Shown piece by piece: positions 9,433 to 18,586 of a stretch of 64,000 nucleotides of DNA. Position 1 is the first letter of the stretch; each line of letters begins with the position of its first letter. The stretch is from Candidatus Egerieisoma sp. (lineage in GTDB: Bacteria; Bacteroidota; Bacteroidia; Bacteroidales; UBA932), in NCBI GenBank assembly GCA_045650045.1, contig JAZRQU010000075.1, positions 32,043 through 96,042 on the forward strand. The letters run 5' to 3'. The translations under genes were made by a program, and so were the position numbers. The notes below the pieces were generated by a model, which searched no databases, had not been told where the DNA came from, and saw nothing but the letters and a program-made list of their open reading frames with translations.

Positions 9433-10341
9433 TTATTTAAGTTTCAGGCGGGTTCCTATTTTCAGTTCATTTGCCTTAATGCCGGGATTGAGCTTTTGGA
9501 TTTCTGCAACTGTAAGGCCATGCTTCCTTGCAATTGAATACAGGGTATCACCCTTTCTTATAAGGTAATATGCATTATCCTGCTGTTGCTTGTGGTGAGA
9601 GTTTTGTTGACTCTCTTCTGTTTGTTTTTGTATCCTGTTTCCTCCTGTAGCCTGTTCCGGTGCAGAACCGGCCTGATCAGGCTCAAAACCGGTAAATTTA
9701 TAATACTTGTCACTGGCCTTTTTAGCCTTTTTAGCCGCCTTTGCTGCCTTACGGTCCAACTTCTCCATCCTCATTTTAAGTCTCTGTGCACGTCGCTGTG
9801 CAAAAGTGCTGCTGTATTTCTCCGAATATTTCTGTTTTGAATCGTATTTGTACAGTTCATGCTCCTCAATAATATTGATAAGCAACTGTGCATACTTTGG
9901 ATTTGTAGCATAACCGGCAGCCTTAAGACCATGTGCCCAAGCCTTGTAATCCGTTAACGGGAGATCAAACAGTGAAGCGTAACGTGTACGGGAAGAGAGG
10001 AAATTAGAATGGTCAGTAAAAGAATCCTCTGCGTTCTTGTATTTTCTGAAACACTCCCTTTTTGCATCATCATCATGCCTGATTTTCTTTCCTTTCCAAC
10101 CGTCATGGCACTTTATACCAAAATGGTTGTTGGCCTTCTTTGCCAAAGTGGAATTTCCGTCGGATGATTCAAGACATGCCTGTGCAAGAATAATACTTGC
10201 AGGGATGTTGTGCCTGTACATCTGCCTGATGGCAATATCCTTGTATTTTTTAATATATTGCTCCCTGGTAAGATTCTGCGCACCAAGGCCAAAAGCTGCA
10301 AAAACAAAAAGCAGCACCAATGAAAATTTTCTGTAACTCAT
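9433..10341 (-). CDS. Glucosaminidase-domain protein with C-terminal LysM
   Basis: Signal peptide ...GLGA|Q. ILAQACLESSDGNSTLAKKANNHFGIKC (mannosyl-glycoprotein endo-beta-N-acetylglucosaminidase domain). C-terminal LysM YYLIRKGDTLYSIARKHGLTVAEIQKLN. Confidence 0.85.
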   Translation of the reverse strand: MSYRKFSLVLLFVFAAFGLGAQNLTREQYIKKYKDIAIRQMYRHNIPASIILAQACLESSDGNSTLAKKANNHFGIKCHDGWKGKKIRHDDDAKRECFRKYKNAEDSFTDHSNFLSSRTRYASLFDLPLTDYKAWAHGLKAAGYATNPKYAQLLINIIEEHELYKYDSKQKYSEKYSSTFAQRRAQRLKMRMEKLDRKAAKAAKKAKKASDKYYKFTGFEPDQAGSAPEQATGGNRIQKQTEESQQNSHHKQQQDNAYYLIRKGDTLYSIARKHGLTVAEIQKLNPGIKANELKIGTRLKLK

Positions 10342-10390
10342 TCAACAAAGGTAACAATAAAATGTATCTTTGCAGTAAAACCGCTGCACT

Positions 10391-10864
10391 ATGGAAGAAA
10401 AAGATATCAACATCAGCTACAAAGAATACAATTCAATTTGTGATCTTCCCGACAATTACAGGAACCTCCTGGAAAAGGCCATTGAAGCAACAAAATCCTC
10501 ATATGCACCGTATTCCGGATTCAATGTAGGTGCTGCCGTACTTATGGGCAACGGTGAAATTGTAACCGGATCAAACCAGGAAAATGCTGCATCCCCATCC
10601 GGCCTTTGTGCAGAAAGGGTTGCCCTGTTTGCAGCACACCACAACTATCCATCTTCTCCGGTAAAGGCAATTGCAATTGTGGGGAGCCAGGGAGGCATAT
10701 TGACCCCTGAACTCACCTACCCTTGTGCAGCCTGCATTCAGGTAATGGTGGAGAGCCAGAAAAGGGGTGGCGCTACTATTGCCGTAATAGTTGGTTCAGC
10801 AGGCAAGATTCAGGTAATGGAATCCATAGATGCACTGCTCCCGTTCTCCTTCAGCAGTTTTTAA
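10391..10864 (+). CDS. cdd: Cytidine deaminase
   Basis: Zinc-ligand motifs CAERVAL and PCAACIQVM; 157 aa. Confidence 0.85.
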   Translation: MEEKDINISYKEYNSICDLPDNYRNLLEKAIEATKSSYAPYSGFNVGAAVLMGNGEIVTGSNQENAASPSGLCAERVALFAAHHNYPSSPVKAIAIVGSQGGILTPELTYPCAACIQVMVESQKRGGATIAVIVGSAGKIQVMESIDALLPFSFSSF

Positions 10865-10870
10865 ATAAAG

Positions 10871-10901
10871 TTTGGGGATTATGAAAATTTTTCTACCTTT
10901 G
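10871..10901 (+). promoter_or_regulatory. Bacteroidetes-type promoter for SRP RNA (-33 TTTG, 19-nt spacer, -7 TACCTTTG)
   Basis: TTTG at 10871-10874 and TACCTTTG at 10894-10901, about 5 nt before the predicted RNA 5' end. Confidence 0.6.
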
Positions 10902-10904
10902 TGC

Positions 10905-11005
10905 CCGGGTAAGTCATATACGACCAGCTCCTGCAAAATTCCCCCAGGACCGGAAGGTAGCAAGGGTATGCGGTTGTAGCGGTGCGATATATCAAGCTTA
11001 CCCTT
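10905..11005 (+). ncRNA. ffs: Signal recognition particle RNA (small bacterial 4.5S type)
   Basis: CCCCCAGGACCGGAAGGTAGCAAGGG matches conserved SRP domain IV (GGAA tetraloop closed by ACC/GGT, AGG / AGCA symmetric loop). 5' GGGTAAG pairs with 3' CTTACCC. T7 tract at 11004-11010; canonical promoter upstream. Confidence 0.8.
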
Positions 11006-11092
11006 TTTTTGTGCCCATACGTCAACTTTCTCCCCTCCTCTCCGCTCCGATGCAGCAAAACATCCTTATTTAAGCCGCATTTCCAGGAAAAA

Positions 11093-11352
11093 CTACTACC
11101 ATAGAGGGGAAATGTCCTGGAAACAGCCACTTTTCCAGGAGAAAATACTGCCACAGAGAGAAAACGTCCTGGAAACAACAGCAAAACCAGGAGAAACCAC
11201 AGCCGCAGAGAGAAAATGTCCTGGAAACAACACCAATTCCGGGAGAAACATCAGCCGCAGAGGGGAAATGTCCTGGAAACAACAGCAAAACCAGGAGAAA
11301 CTTCAGCCGCAAAGGGAAAATGTCCCGGAAACAGCCGCAAAAACGGGAGAAA
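11093..11352 (-). repeat. 52-bp tandem repeat array 1 (5 units, reverse orientation; unit starts 11093, 11145, 11197, 11249, 11301)
   Basis: Each unit ends in CC(A/G)GGAGAAA with exact 52-bp register. The array ends one base before the stop codon of the S41 protease gene. More degenerate copies lie upstream to ~11010. Confidence 0.95.
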
Positions 11353-11353
11353 A

Positions 11354-12937
11354 TTACTTTCCGGAAAGGACTTCTACCGCTTTCAATATATCCTTATCGT
11401 CCTGATTGATGAACTGGATGAAACTGTTGAAATCGTATATTGAGCGGATAATCAACGCTTTAAAATACATCCTTATCTGTCCGCCTGAAATTTGCATATC
11501 ACCCTCAGCAGGTGTAACACCTTTCTGGGCGCAATAAACAAGGAATGCAGCAATGTCTTCGTCTGAGACATTGTATTTTTTAACAAACTGGTCTACTTTA
11601 GGATATTTCTTAAGTAAGGATGCCCTGTGGGTATCTGAATACTGGTTCATGTAATCGGTCAGCAATCCTTTTCTAATGATTTCGCCATAGAAAGGAGTAT
11701 AGAATGTGGTATCCTGAGGGATAAAGATATCGGGCATGATACCGCCTCCGCCGTAAACAGCCCTGCCCTGCTTCAGAGTTCTGAAAACGGCAGATGAATC
11801 TGCAAGGTGGATGCTGTCCCTGTTGAAGTTTTCACCTCTGGCATATCTCTCTACTACCTGCATGTAGTATTCATCTTTCTTGCCTTCCTCGTACGGACTC
11901 TGGATTACCCTGCCGCTTGGGGTGTGGTATCGGGCTACTGTAAGGCGCAACGCCGATCCGTCGGGAAGAGGAACCTGCCTCTGTACCAGGCCTTTGCCAA
12001 ATGATCTGCGGCCAATGATAACTCCACGGTCCTGGTCCTGGATTGCTCCAGAGACAATTTCACTGGCTGAGGCCGAACTTTCATCAATCAGGATTGCTAC
12101 AGGGATACTCTGCAGAATACCTCTACCGTCTGCATACTCTTCCATCCTTGGCATTGCCCTCCCTTCGGTATATACAATGAGATCTCCTTTCTGAAGGAAC
12201 TCATTGGCAATCTGGATTGCGGTTACAAGATATCCTCCGGAGTTGCCCCTCAAGTCAAGGACAATACCTTTTGGCTCTACTGCCAAGCTCTGCAGTGCTT
12301 TTAGAAGCTCATCAAAAGATGTAGCGGCAAACCTGGTGAGTCTGATATATACAATTCCATCCTTAATCTCGTAATAGGAATCAATGCTGTTCAACGGAAT
12401 CTTGTCTCTGGTAATTACAAATTCAAGAACCTGTGGTTCACCTTTACGGACTACGCCAACTTTAACTTTTGTCCCTTTTGGTCCACGGAGATATTTGTGC
12501 ACCCTCTCTATTGTAAGGGAAGTGCCCGCAATGGTCTCATCATCAACTGAAACTATCTTGTCGCCGGCCCTCACACCAACTTTCTCGGCAGGACCGCCAG
12601 GAATAGTGGCGTTGATTGTAAGGGTATCGTTGATCAACGCAAATTCTACACCTATTCCGTCAAAATTTCCAACAAGAGGCTCATCCATGGCCTGGATATC
12701 CTCTTTTGTAATGTAGGAAGAGTGTGGATCAAGTTCTGTTACCATTGCTGCCAACGCCTTATTGGCAAGAGTTTCAATGTTGGCCGTATCCAGATACATT
12801 TTCTGAATATAGTAAAGTGTCTGGCCCAATTTGTTGGCCTGCATGGAAAGGTTGTTCTGTTTCTGGGCTACAGCCAAAACAGATATCATGCAGAAAGAAA
12901 CGGCAAGCAACAGGCTTGATGTAGATTTGCGTAGCAT
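11354..12937 (-). CDS. S41 family C-terminal processing peptidase
   Basis: Signal peptide ...AVA|Q, PDZ region, GNSGGY and SASASEI catalytic-region motifs. Confidence 0.85.
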   Translation of the reverse strand: MLRKSTSSLLLAVSFCMISVLAVAQKQNNLSMQANKLGQTLYYIQKMYLDTANIETLANKALAAMVTELDPHSSYITKEDIQAMDEPLVGNFDGIGVEFALINDTLTINATIPGGPAEKVGVRAGDKIVSVDDETIAGTSLTIERVHKYLRGPKGTKVKVGVVRKGEPQVLEFVITRDKIPLNSIDSYYEIKDGIVYIRLTRFAATSFDELLKALQSLAVEPKGIVLDLRGNSGGYLVTAIQIANEFLQKGDLIVYTEGRAMPRMEEYADGRGILQSIPVAILIDESSASASEIVSGAIQDQDRGVIIGRRSFGKGLVQRQVPLPDGSALRLTVARYHTPSGRVIQSPYEEGKKDEYYMQVVERYARGENFNRDSIHLADSSAVFRTLKQGRAVYGGGGIMPDIFIPQDTTFYTPFYGEIIRKGLLTDYMNQYSDTHRASLLKKYPKVDQFVKKYNVSDEDIAAFLVYCAQKGVTPAEGDMQISGGQIRMYFKALIIRSIYDFNSFIQFINQDDKDILKAVEVLSGK

Positions 12938-12944
12938 AGTATAA

Positions 12945-13907
12945 TTATTTCTTCAGTTCAACTTCAAATTTTGTTCCTTCATTGGCAAGGACAGTGTTTG
13001 GGAAAACCTCCTGTGCTTCCTGCAACATCTGGTCCAAAGATTTGTATCTCTTTGAGAAATGTCCAAGAATCAGTTTTCCCGCTTCTGCCTCTTTAGCACA
13101 ACAAGCGGCGCCCTTAGAAGTTGAATGGAAACGTTTTTTTGCCAGATCTTCAAATTCTGAAGTATAGGTAGAATCATGATAAATCATATCAACTCCCTTA
13201 ATCCAGTTTGAAAGACGCTTGAACGGCATTGTATCTGTAGAATAGGCAAATGAACGTGGCTGGTAAGGAAGGTATGTAAGGTCTTCATTCTTCAGAACCT
13301 GGTCATACTCAACCTCCGAACCGTCGTCATCTATAAAGGTATCTTTCCTTATAATGTCACTACCCTCTTTGAGGCGGGCTATCTCATATAAAGAAAGGTT
13401 ATGGGCCTCAATAAGGTGCTTGTGCACATTACGTTGTGGCATCTTTTCCTTAAAGAGGTAACCATATGTCTCCACACGGTGCACAAGAGGGAATGCATAA
13501 ACTTCAACCTGTCGGGAATCAAATACCAAAACAGGCTCAGTGCATTTGATTGGGTGGAATTCAATTTTGTATGACAATCCTTCCCCAAACTGCTCCATAA
13601 AGAAATCGAGCATTTTGGTGAATCCTCCCGGGGCATAGATATGCAAATCTGCTGTTCTGCCGCCCAATGAGATGGTAGAAAGCAGGCCAAAGAGGCCAAA
13701 TACATGGTCCCCGTGCAGGTGGGAAATGAATATGTTGTCTATTTTGGCAAACGATACCCCGTACTTGCGCAATTGCATCTGCGTTCCCTCTCCGCAGTCT
13801 ATTAAGAACAAACGCTCACGAACCGTTAGGACGTGAGCGCTTGGGTATCGGTTGGCAGTGGGGTGGGCCGAAGCCGTCCCCATTGTCAGAAATGAAAATT
13901 CCATCAA
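12945..13907 (-). CDS. rnz: Ribonuclease Z (tRNA 3' endonuclease)
   Basis: HLHGDH motif in an MBL fold; ~320 aa short-form RNase Z architecture. Confidence 0.85.
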   Translation of the reverse strand: MMEFSFLTMGTASAHPTANRYPSAHVLTVRERLFLIDCGEGTQMQLRKYGVSFAKIDNIFISHLHGDHVFGLFGLLSTISLGGRTADLHIYAPGGFTKMLDFFMEQFGEGLSYKIEFHPIKCTEPVLVFDSRQVEVYAFPLVHRVETYGYLFKEKMPQRNVHKHLIEAHNLSLYEIARLKEGSDIIRKDTFIDDDGSEVEYDQVLKNEDLTYLPYQPRSFAYSTDTMPFKRLSNWIKGVDMIYHDSTYTSEFEDLAKKRFHSTSKGAACCAKEAEAGKLILGHFSKRYKSLDQMLQEAQEVFPNTVLANEGTKFEVELKK

Positions 13908-15761
13908 TTATTTTGAAGATTTCTCCATCTCGCTTTTTAGAGCTGCAAGAGCATCAATGTCACCAAGAGTAGTTTTCTCAATGTTAGCTTTGATTTTCTT
14001 CACAGCTTTCTGAGTTGACTCAGCCTCAGCAGCCTTCTCTTTGTTCTCTTTAGCCTCAACCTCTTTCTTCACATCCTCAGCGATTCTTGAGTGTGAAAGA
14101 ACGATTTTTTTGTTTGACTTGTTGAACTCAACTACTTTGAACTCCAGTTTCTCCTCAGCTTTAGCAGTAGTGCCATCCTCTTTTACAAGAGCTTTAGCAG
14201 GAGCAAAACCCTCAATACCGTGAGCAAGAGCTACAGCAGCACCTTTATCGTTGAATGAAACTACAGTACCCTCGTGAACTGAACCTACAGTGTAGATAGT
14301 CTCAAATACATCCCAAGGATTCTCCTCAAGCTGTTTGTGACCTAGGCTTAGTCTTCTGTTCTCTGCATCGATCTCTAGAACTACTACCTCAAGTTTCTCA
14401 CCGATAGCAGTGAACTCTGATGGATGTTTAACTTTCTTTGTCCAAGAAAGGTCGCTGATGTGTACAAGACCGTCAACACCCTCCTCTAGCTCAACGAATA
14501 CGCCAAAGTTAGTGAAGTTTCTAACAACTGCATTGTGTTTAGAAGCTACTGGGTATTTCTCGCTGATGTTAGCCCATGGATCAGCTTTAAGCTGTTTGAT
14601 GCCAAGAGACATTTTTCTCTCCTCTCTGTCTAGAGTAAGGATAGCAGCCTCAACCTCGTCACCAACTTTTAGGAAGTCCTGTGCGCTTCTTAGGTGAGAA
14701 GACCAAGACATCTCTGATACGTGGATAAGACCCTCAACACCTGGCTGGATCTCGATGAATGCACCGTAGTCAGCAAGAACAACTACTTTACCTTTAACTT
14801 TGTCACCTACCTGAAGGTTTGCATCTAGAGCATCCCAAGGGTGAGCGCTAAGCTGTTTTAGACCTAGAGCGATACGTTTCTTTGTATCATCGAAGTCTAG
14901 GATAACAACGTTGATCTTCTGGTCAAGAGCAACAATCTCCTCTGGATGGCTGATTCTGCCCCATGAAAGGTCAGTGATGTGGATTAGACCGTCTACGCCA
15001 CCAAGGTCGATGAATACACCGTATGAAGTGATGTTCTTAACTGTACCCTCAAGAACCTGGCCTTTCTCAAGTTTGCCGATGATATCAGCTTTCTGTGCCT
15101 CAAGCTCTGCCTCGATAAGTGCTTTGTGTGAAACAACAACGTTTCTGAACTCGTGATTGATTTTAACAATCTTGAACTCCATAGTCTTGTTAACGAATAC
15201 ATCGTAGTCACGGATAGGTTTAACATCAATCTGTGAACCTGGCAAGAATGCCTCAATTCCGAATACGTCTACGATCATACCGCCCTTAGTACGGCATTTA
15301 ATGTAACCCTTAACAATCTCGTCTTTGTCGAATGCCTCGTTAACTCTATCCCAAGATCTAAGTGAACGTGCTTTCTTGTGTGAAAGAACTAGCTGACCTT
15401 TTTTGTCCTCTGCGTTCTCTACATATACCTCTACTTTATCACCAACTGCTAGCTCTGGATTGTATCTGAACTCGCTAACAGGGATGATACCCTCGCTCTT
15501 GTAACCAATGTTAACAAGAACCTCTCTTTTTGTTACAGCTACTACAGTACCCTCAACAACCTCGTTCTCGATTACTGAAGAAAGGGTCTCTGCATATGCA
15601 GCCTCTACAACCTCTTTAGATACACCGTAGTCAGTGTCCTGCTCGAATGCATCCCAGTCAAATTTGTCAATAGCAACAGATGCGTTGCTTTTGCGTTTTT
15701 TAGTCTCAACTGCTACTGGAGCCTCTACCTCCTCAACAGTTACTTTAGTTTCGTTACTCAT
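13908..15761 (-). CDS. rpsA: 30S ribosomal protein S1
   Basis: 617 aa made of repeated S1/OB-fold modules (e.g. GQVLEGTVKNITSYGVFIDLGGVDGLIHITDLSW), with a lysine/glutamate-rich tail. Confidence 0.95.
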   Translation of the reverse strand: MSNETKVTVEEVEAPVAVETKKRKSNASVAIDKFDWDAFEQDTDYGVSKEVVEAAYAETLSSVIENEVVEGTVVAVTKREVLVNIGYKSEGIIPVSEFRYNPELAVGDKVEVYVENAEDKKGQLVLSHKKARSLRSWDRVNEAFDKDEIVKGYIKCRTKGGMIVDVFGIEAFLPGSQIDVKPIRDYDVFVNKTMEFKIVKINHEFRNVVVSHKALIEAELEAQKADIIGKLEKGQVLEGTVKNITSYGVFIDLGGVDGLIHITDLSWGRISHPEEIVALDQKINVVILDFDDTKKRIALGLKQLSAHPWDALDANLQVGDKVKGKVVVLADYGAFIEIQPGVEGLIHVSEMSWSSHLRSAQDFLKVGDEVEAAILTLDREERKMSLGIKQLKADPWANISEKYPVASKHNAVVRNFTNFGVFVELEEGVDGLVHISDLSWTKKVKHPSEFTAIGEKLEVVVLEIDAENRRLSLGHKQLEENPWDVFETIYTVGSVHEGTVVSFNDKGAAVALAHGIEGFAPAKALVKEDGTTAKAEEKLEFKVVEFNKSNKKIVLSHSRIAEDVKKEVEAKENKEKAAEAESTQKAVKKIKANIEKTTLGDIDALAALKSEMEKSSK

Positions 15762-15898
15762 TTTAATTTAATTAACTACTAGTGGGTTAAACAATATGTA
15801 TAGTCTCAAATAAATTTTGAGCGCGCGAAAGTAATGATAATTGCGGAGTTAACCAAATTTTTTCTCCATTTTCCCCTGATTTTCTTCCCGACAGATAA

Positions 15899-16246
15899 TT
15901 TCTCCCGAAATTGTGGTTGTTTCCGGGACATTTCTACTCTGCAGCCGTAGTTTCTCCCGGTTTTGGGGCGTTTTCCGGGACATTTCACCTCTGCAGCTGT
16001 GATTTCTCCCGGATTTGCGGCATTTTCCAGGACATTTCACCTCTGCGGCCGTGGTTTCTCCCGGTTTTGGGGCGTTTTCCGGGACATTTCACCTCTGCAG
16101 CCGTAGTTTCTCCCGGTTTTGGGGCGTTTTCCGGGACATTTCACCTCTGCGGCCGTGGTTTCTCCCGGATTTGCGGCGATTTCCGGGACATTTCACCTCT
16201 GCAGCCGTAGTGTCTCCCGGTTTTGGGGCGTTTTCCGGGACATTTT
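15899..16246 (+). repeat. 52-bp tandem repeat array 2 (about 6.7 units, forward orientation; unit starts 15899, 15951, 16003, 16055, 16107, 16159, 16211)
   Basis: Consensus TTTCTCCCGGTTTTGGGGCGTTTTCCGGGACATTTCACCTCTGCAGCCGTAG read directly with exact 52-bp register. A degenerate unit lies at ~15847-15898. The array sits upstream of the rpsA start. Confidence 0.95.
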
Positions 16247-16359
16247 CTATGCCAGGCAGCATTTGCTCCCCCAAAAACACCATTAATCGGGAGAAAATAA
16301 AACCCCGTTGCAACATTTAGCCCAGAAAATTGTTAATCAACAAGAAAATACCTCATACC

Positions 16360-16515
16360 ATGAAAAAGAAGATACTCCCAATCATCATCTCAATTTTTTG
16401 GATAGCATTTTTCAGTTATCTCACATATATCAAGATGTATGCAGTAGTAATACTCAGTCTCATTCTGCTGTCAATGACAATGGCAATGTCGGTATCAAAT
16501 GAGGCAGAAAACTGA
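16360..16515 (+). CDS. Possible small membrane protein (51 aa, two hydrophobic segments)
   Basis: ATG at 16360 (MKKKILPIIISIFWIAFFSYL...). No homology recognised, so it could be a chance ORF. Confidence 0.3.
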   Translation: MKKKILPIIISIFWIAFFSYLTYIKMYAVVILSLILLSMTMAMSVSNEAEN

Positions 16516-16587
16516 GCTGCCCAAAGAAATGAATAGCGTTTACTGTAAGAAAAAAAGGATGGTCCACCAGCTGGTGCCATCCTTTCT

Positions 16588-17166
16588 TTATTCTTCCTCA
16601 TCACTCCAATACTCCCTGCAGACATCTTCAATGTCAAAAAGGTTGTCTCCTCTGCAAATGATCCTGTAATATAGGTCAATGTCGCTGTCGGGAATACATA
16701 ACATCACATCTATGCAAAGATGGTCTTCATGCATGGCAATTGCCTTTATGGAACGGATATCATATCTGGAAAGTGACTGTAAATCATCCTTAAAAAAGGG
16801 AGCAAAAAAATCCCTGGTAAATCTCAACCTACTAAAGACATTGCCGTTACATGTTGCCAGCATATCTACTGCTGTTCCAGCAAAAGAGCTGTCATATCCT
16901 GCAGCAAACAGATCATTATAGAAGATGAGACTCACTGTGTACCGGCCGGTGCGGGTAACCACTTTAGGATAAGAGACATCCCTGTATAACTGCACGGAAT
17001 CTGCAGGCATTTTTGAGAACTGCCCACTTATGAGTTTTATACGGCTGAACACCGAATCCTTGAACTGGAGATGGTGCTGAAGTTCCAGATTATAGATCTG
17101 CTCTTGGGCAAAAGCACCGCTGCACATAAACAGAAGCAACACAATATAAATGACCCTTTGACGCAT
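16588..17166 (-). CDS. Hypothetical exported protein
   Basis: Internal Met at 17166 gives the signal peptide MRQRVIYIVLLLFMCSGAFA|Q. No recognised domain. Confidence 0.6.
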   Translation of the reverse strand: MRQRVIYIVLLLFMCSGAFAQEQIYNLELQHHLQFKDSVFSRIKLISGQFSKMPADSVQLYRDVSYPKVVTRTGRYTVSLIFYNDLFAAGYDSSFAGTAVDMLATCNGNVFSRLRFTRDFFAPFFKDDLQSLSRYDIRSIKAIAMHEDHLCIDVMLCIPDSDIDLYYRIICRGDNLFDIEDVCREYWSDEEE

Positions 17167-17264
17167 ACTCAAAAATATATTGTTACACAAAGATAGCACA
17201 ATTCCGGTTCCACAACTTTGCGCCAAAAGAAAATTACCCTTATTTTTGTAAATTAAACCATAAA

Positions 17265-18542
17265 ATGATGAAAAGAGTTTTCACACTTATAGCACTGTCA
17301 ATCCTGGCATTGGCAACAGCAATGGCGCAGCCCCGCCAGCAGAAGATTCAGGTGATCCTTATTCCCGACGATTCTGATGCTGTATACGATACCGGCAAGA
17401 AAGCCAAACTAAAGGTAATGGCTCTGCACCAGGGTGTTGCAATGGTAGATCCAACCATCAGCTACGAAATAAGCGAGGACCTTATGGCACCTCACACAAC
17501 AAAAGAGATTACCCTTAAGGGAACAGAAGGAACCATTGAGGCAGGGACAATGAAGAAGCCGGGTTACCTGAGAATAAAAGCAACCGTAACCCACGAGGGA
17601 AAGAAATACTCAACAACCAGCACAGTTGGATTCTCACCGGAGAAACTTCAGCCAACCGTAAAACTTCCAAAAGACTTTATGGATTTCTGGAACGGCAACC
17701 TTGAGAAACTCAAAAAAGTTGACCTCAAGCCAACCATGGAGCTCCTTCCCGACAGGTGTACTAAAGATGTAAATGTATACCATATCTCCTACCGCAACAT
17801 TGGAGGTACCAGAATGTACGGCATCCTTACAATGCCGGCAAAAGAGGGAAAATACCCTGCAATCCTACGATTCCCGGGAGCGGGTGTTGGAGAGAAAGGG
17901 GGCGACATCACCCACGCAGCACAAGGGGCAATCATCCTGGAGATGGGTATCCATGGAATAGCAGTGAATTTGCCAGGAGAGGTTTATTCAGATTTGGGCA
18001 ACGGCATCCTTAACGACTACCCAAGTATCAATCTTGGCAACAGGGACACATATTATTATAAAAGGGTATATCTTGGATGCGTTAAAGGAATTGACTTCCT
18101 TCTTTCATTGCCGCAGTGCAACGGCAATGTAGGTACATTCGGCGGCAGCCAGGGCGGTGCACTTTCAATTGTAACATCGGCATTGGACAGCAGGATTAAG
18201 GCATCGGTAGCCTACTTCCCTGCCCTATGCGACATTGAGGGGTACTGCAACGGCCGTGCAGGAGGCTGGCCACATACCTTCAAGGCAGAGAGCAACCGTA
18301 CCAAGGAGAACATTGAGATGATGCGTTACTACGATGTGGCAAACTTTGCAAGACATCTCAAGAACCCTATCCATTACCTTTACGGATACAATGACATTAC
18401 TTGTGCACCAACCAGCACCCGCGCAACATACAATGCTATCACAGCACCAAAACAGCTGATCATTGGCGAGAATATAGGCCACTGGACATACCCTGAGCAG
18501 ATGAATGCATTGTGGGAGTGGATTATCAGCACACTTAAATAA
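17265..18542 (+). CDS. Acetylxylan esterase / cephalosporin-C deacetylase family (CE7-like) with N-terminal Ig-like domain
   Basis: Signal peptide ...AMA|Q; nucleophile elbow GGSQGG; alpha/beta-hydrolase C-terminal half. Confidence 0.75.
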   Translation: MMKRVFTLIALSILALATAMAQPRQQKIQVILIPDDSDAVYDTGKKAKLKVMALHQGVAMVDPTISYEISEDLMAPHTTKEITLKGTEGTIEAGTMKKPGYLRIKATVTHEGKKYSTTSTVGFSPEKLQPTVKLPKDFMDFWNGNLEKLKKVDLKPTMELLPDRCTKDVNVYHISYRNIGGTRMYGILTMPAKEGKYPAILRFPGAGVGEKGGDITHAAQGAIILEMGIHGIAVNLPGEVYSDLGNGILNDYPSINLGNRDTYYYKRVYLGCVKGIDFLLSLPQCNGNVGTFGGSQGGALSIVTSALDSRIKASVAYFPALCDIEGYCNGRAGGWPHTFKAESNRTKENIEMMRYYDVANFARHLKNPIHYLYGYNDITCAPTSTRATYNAITAPKQLIIGENIGHWTYPEQMNALWEWIISTLK

Positions 18543-18586
18543 AACTGTCGGGAAGAAAACATTAACACGTAAATCATATAAAATTC

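Noticed and set aside
10879-11184. 101-aa minus-strand ORF between cdd and the S41 protease gene
   Set aside because: It covers the SRP RNA gene (antisense) and part of repeat array 1.
11112-11405. Stop-free ORFs running through the repeat arrays (11070..11312, 11112..11405, 11216..11443, 15806..16040, 15911..16210, 16015..16320, 16089..16316, 31539..31956, 31783..32091, 36488..36916, 38363..38620)
   Set aside because: They exist on both strands and in several frames only because the repeat lacks stop triplets. A 52-bp period cannot keep one reading frame, and the translated peptides are repeat-driven, low-complexity sequence that rotates through the three frames.
15899-16246. CRISPR array interpretation of the 52-bp periodic regions (also 11093-11352, 31612-31919, 36554-36850, 38458-38613)
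   Set aside because: The whole 52-bp unit is repeated with only point variation. There are no unique spacers alternating with a constant repeat, no cas genes in the window, and the arrays occur in both orientations at five loci.
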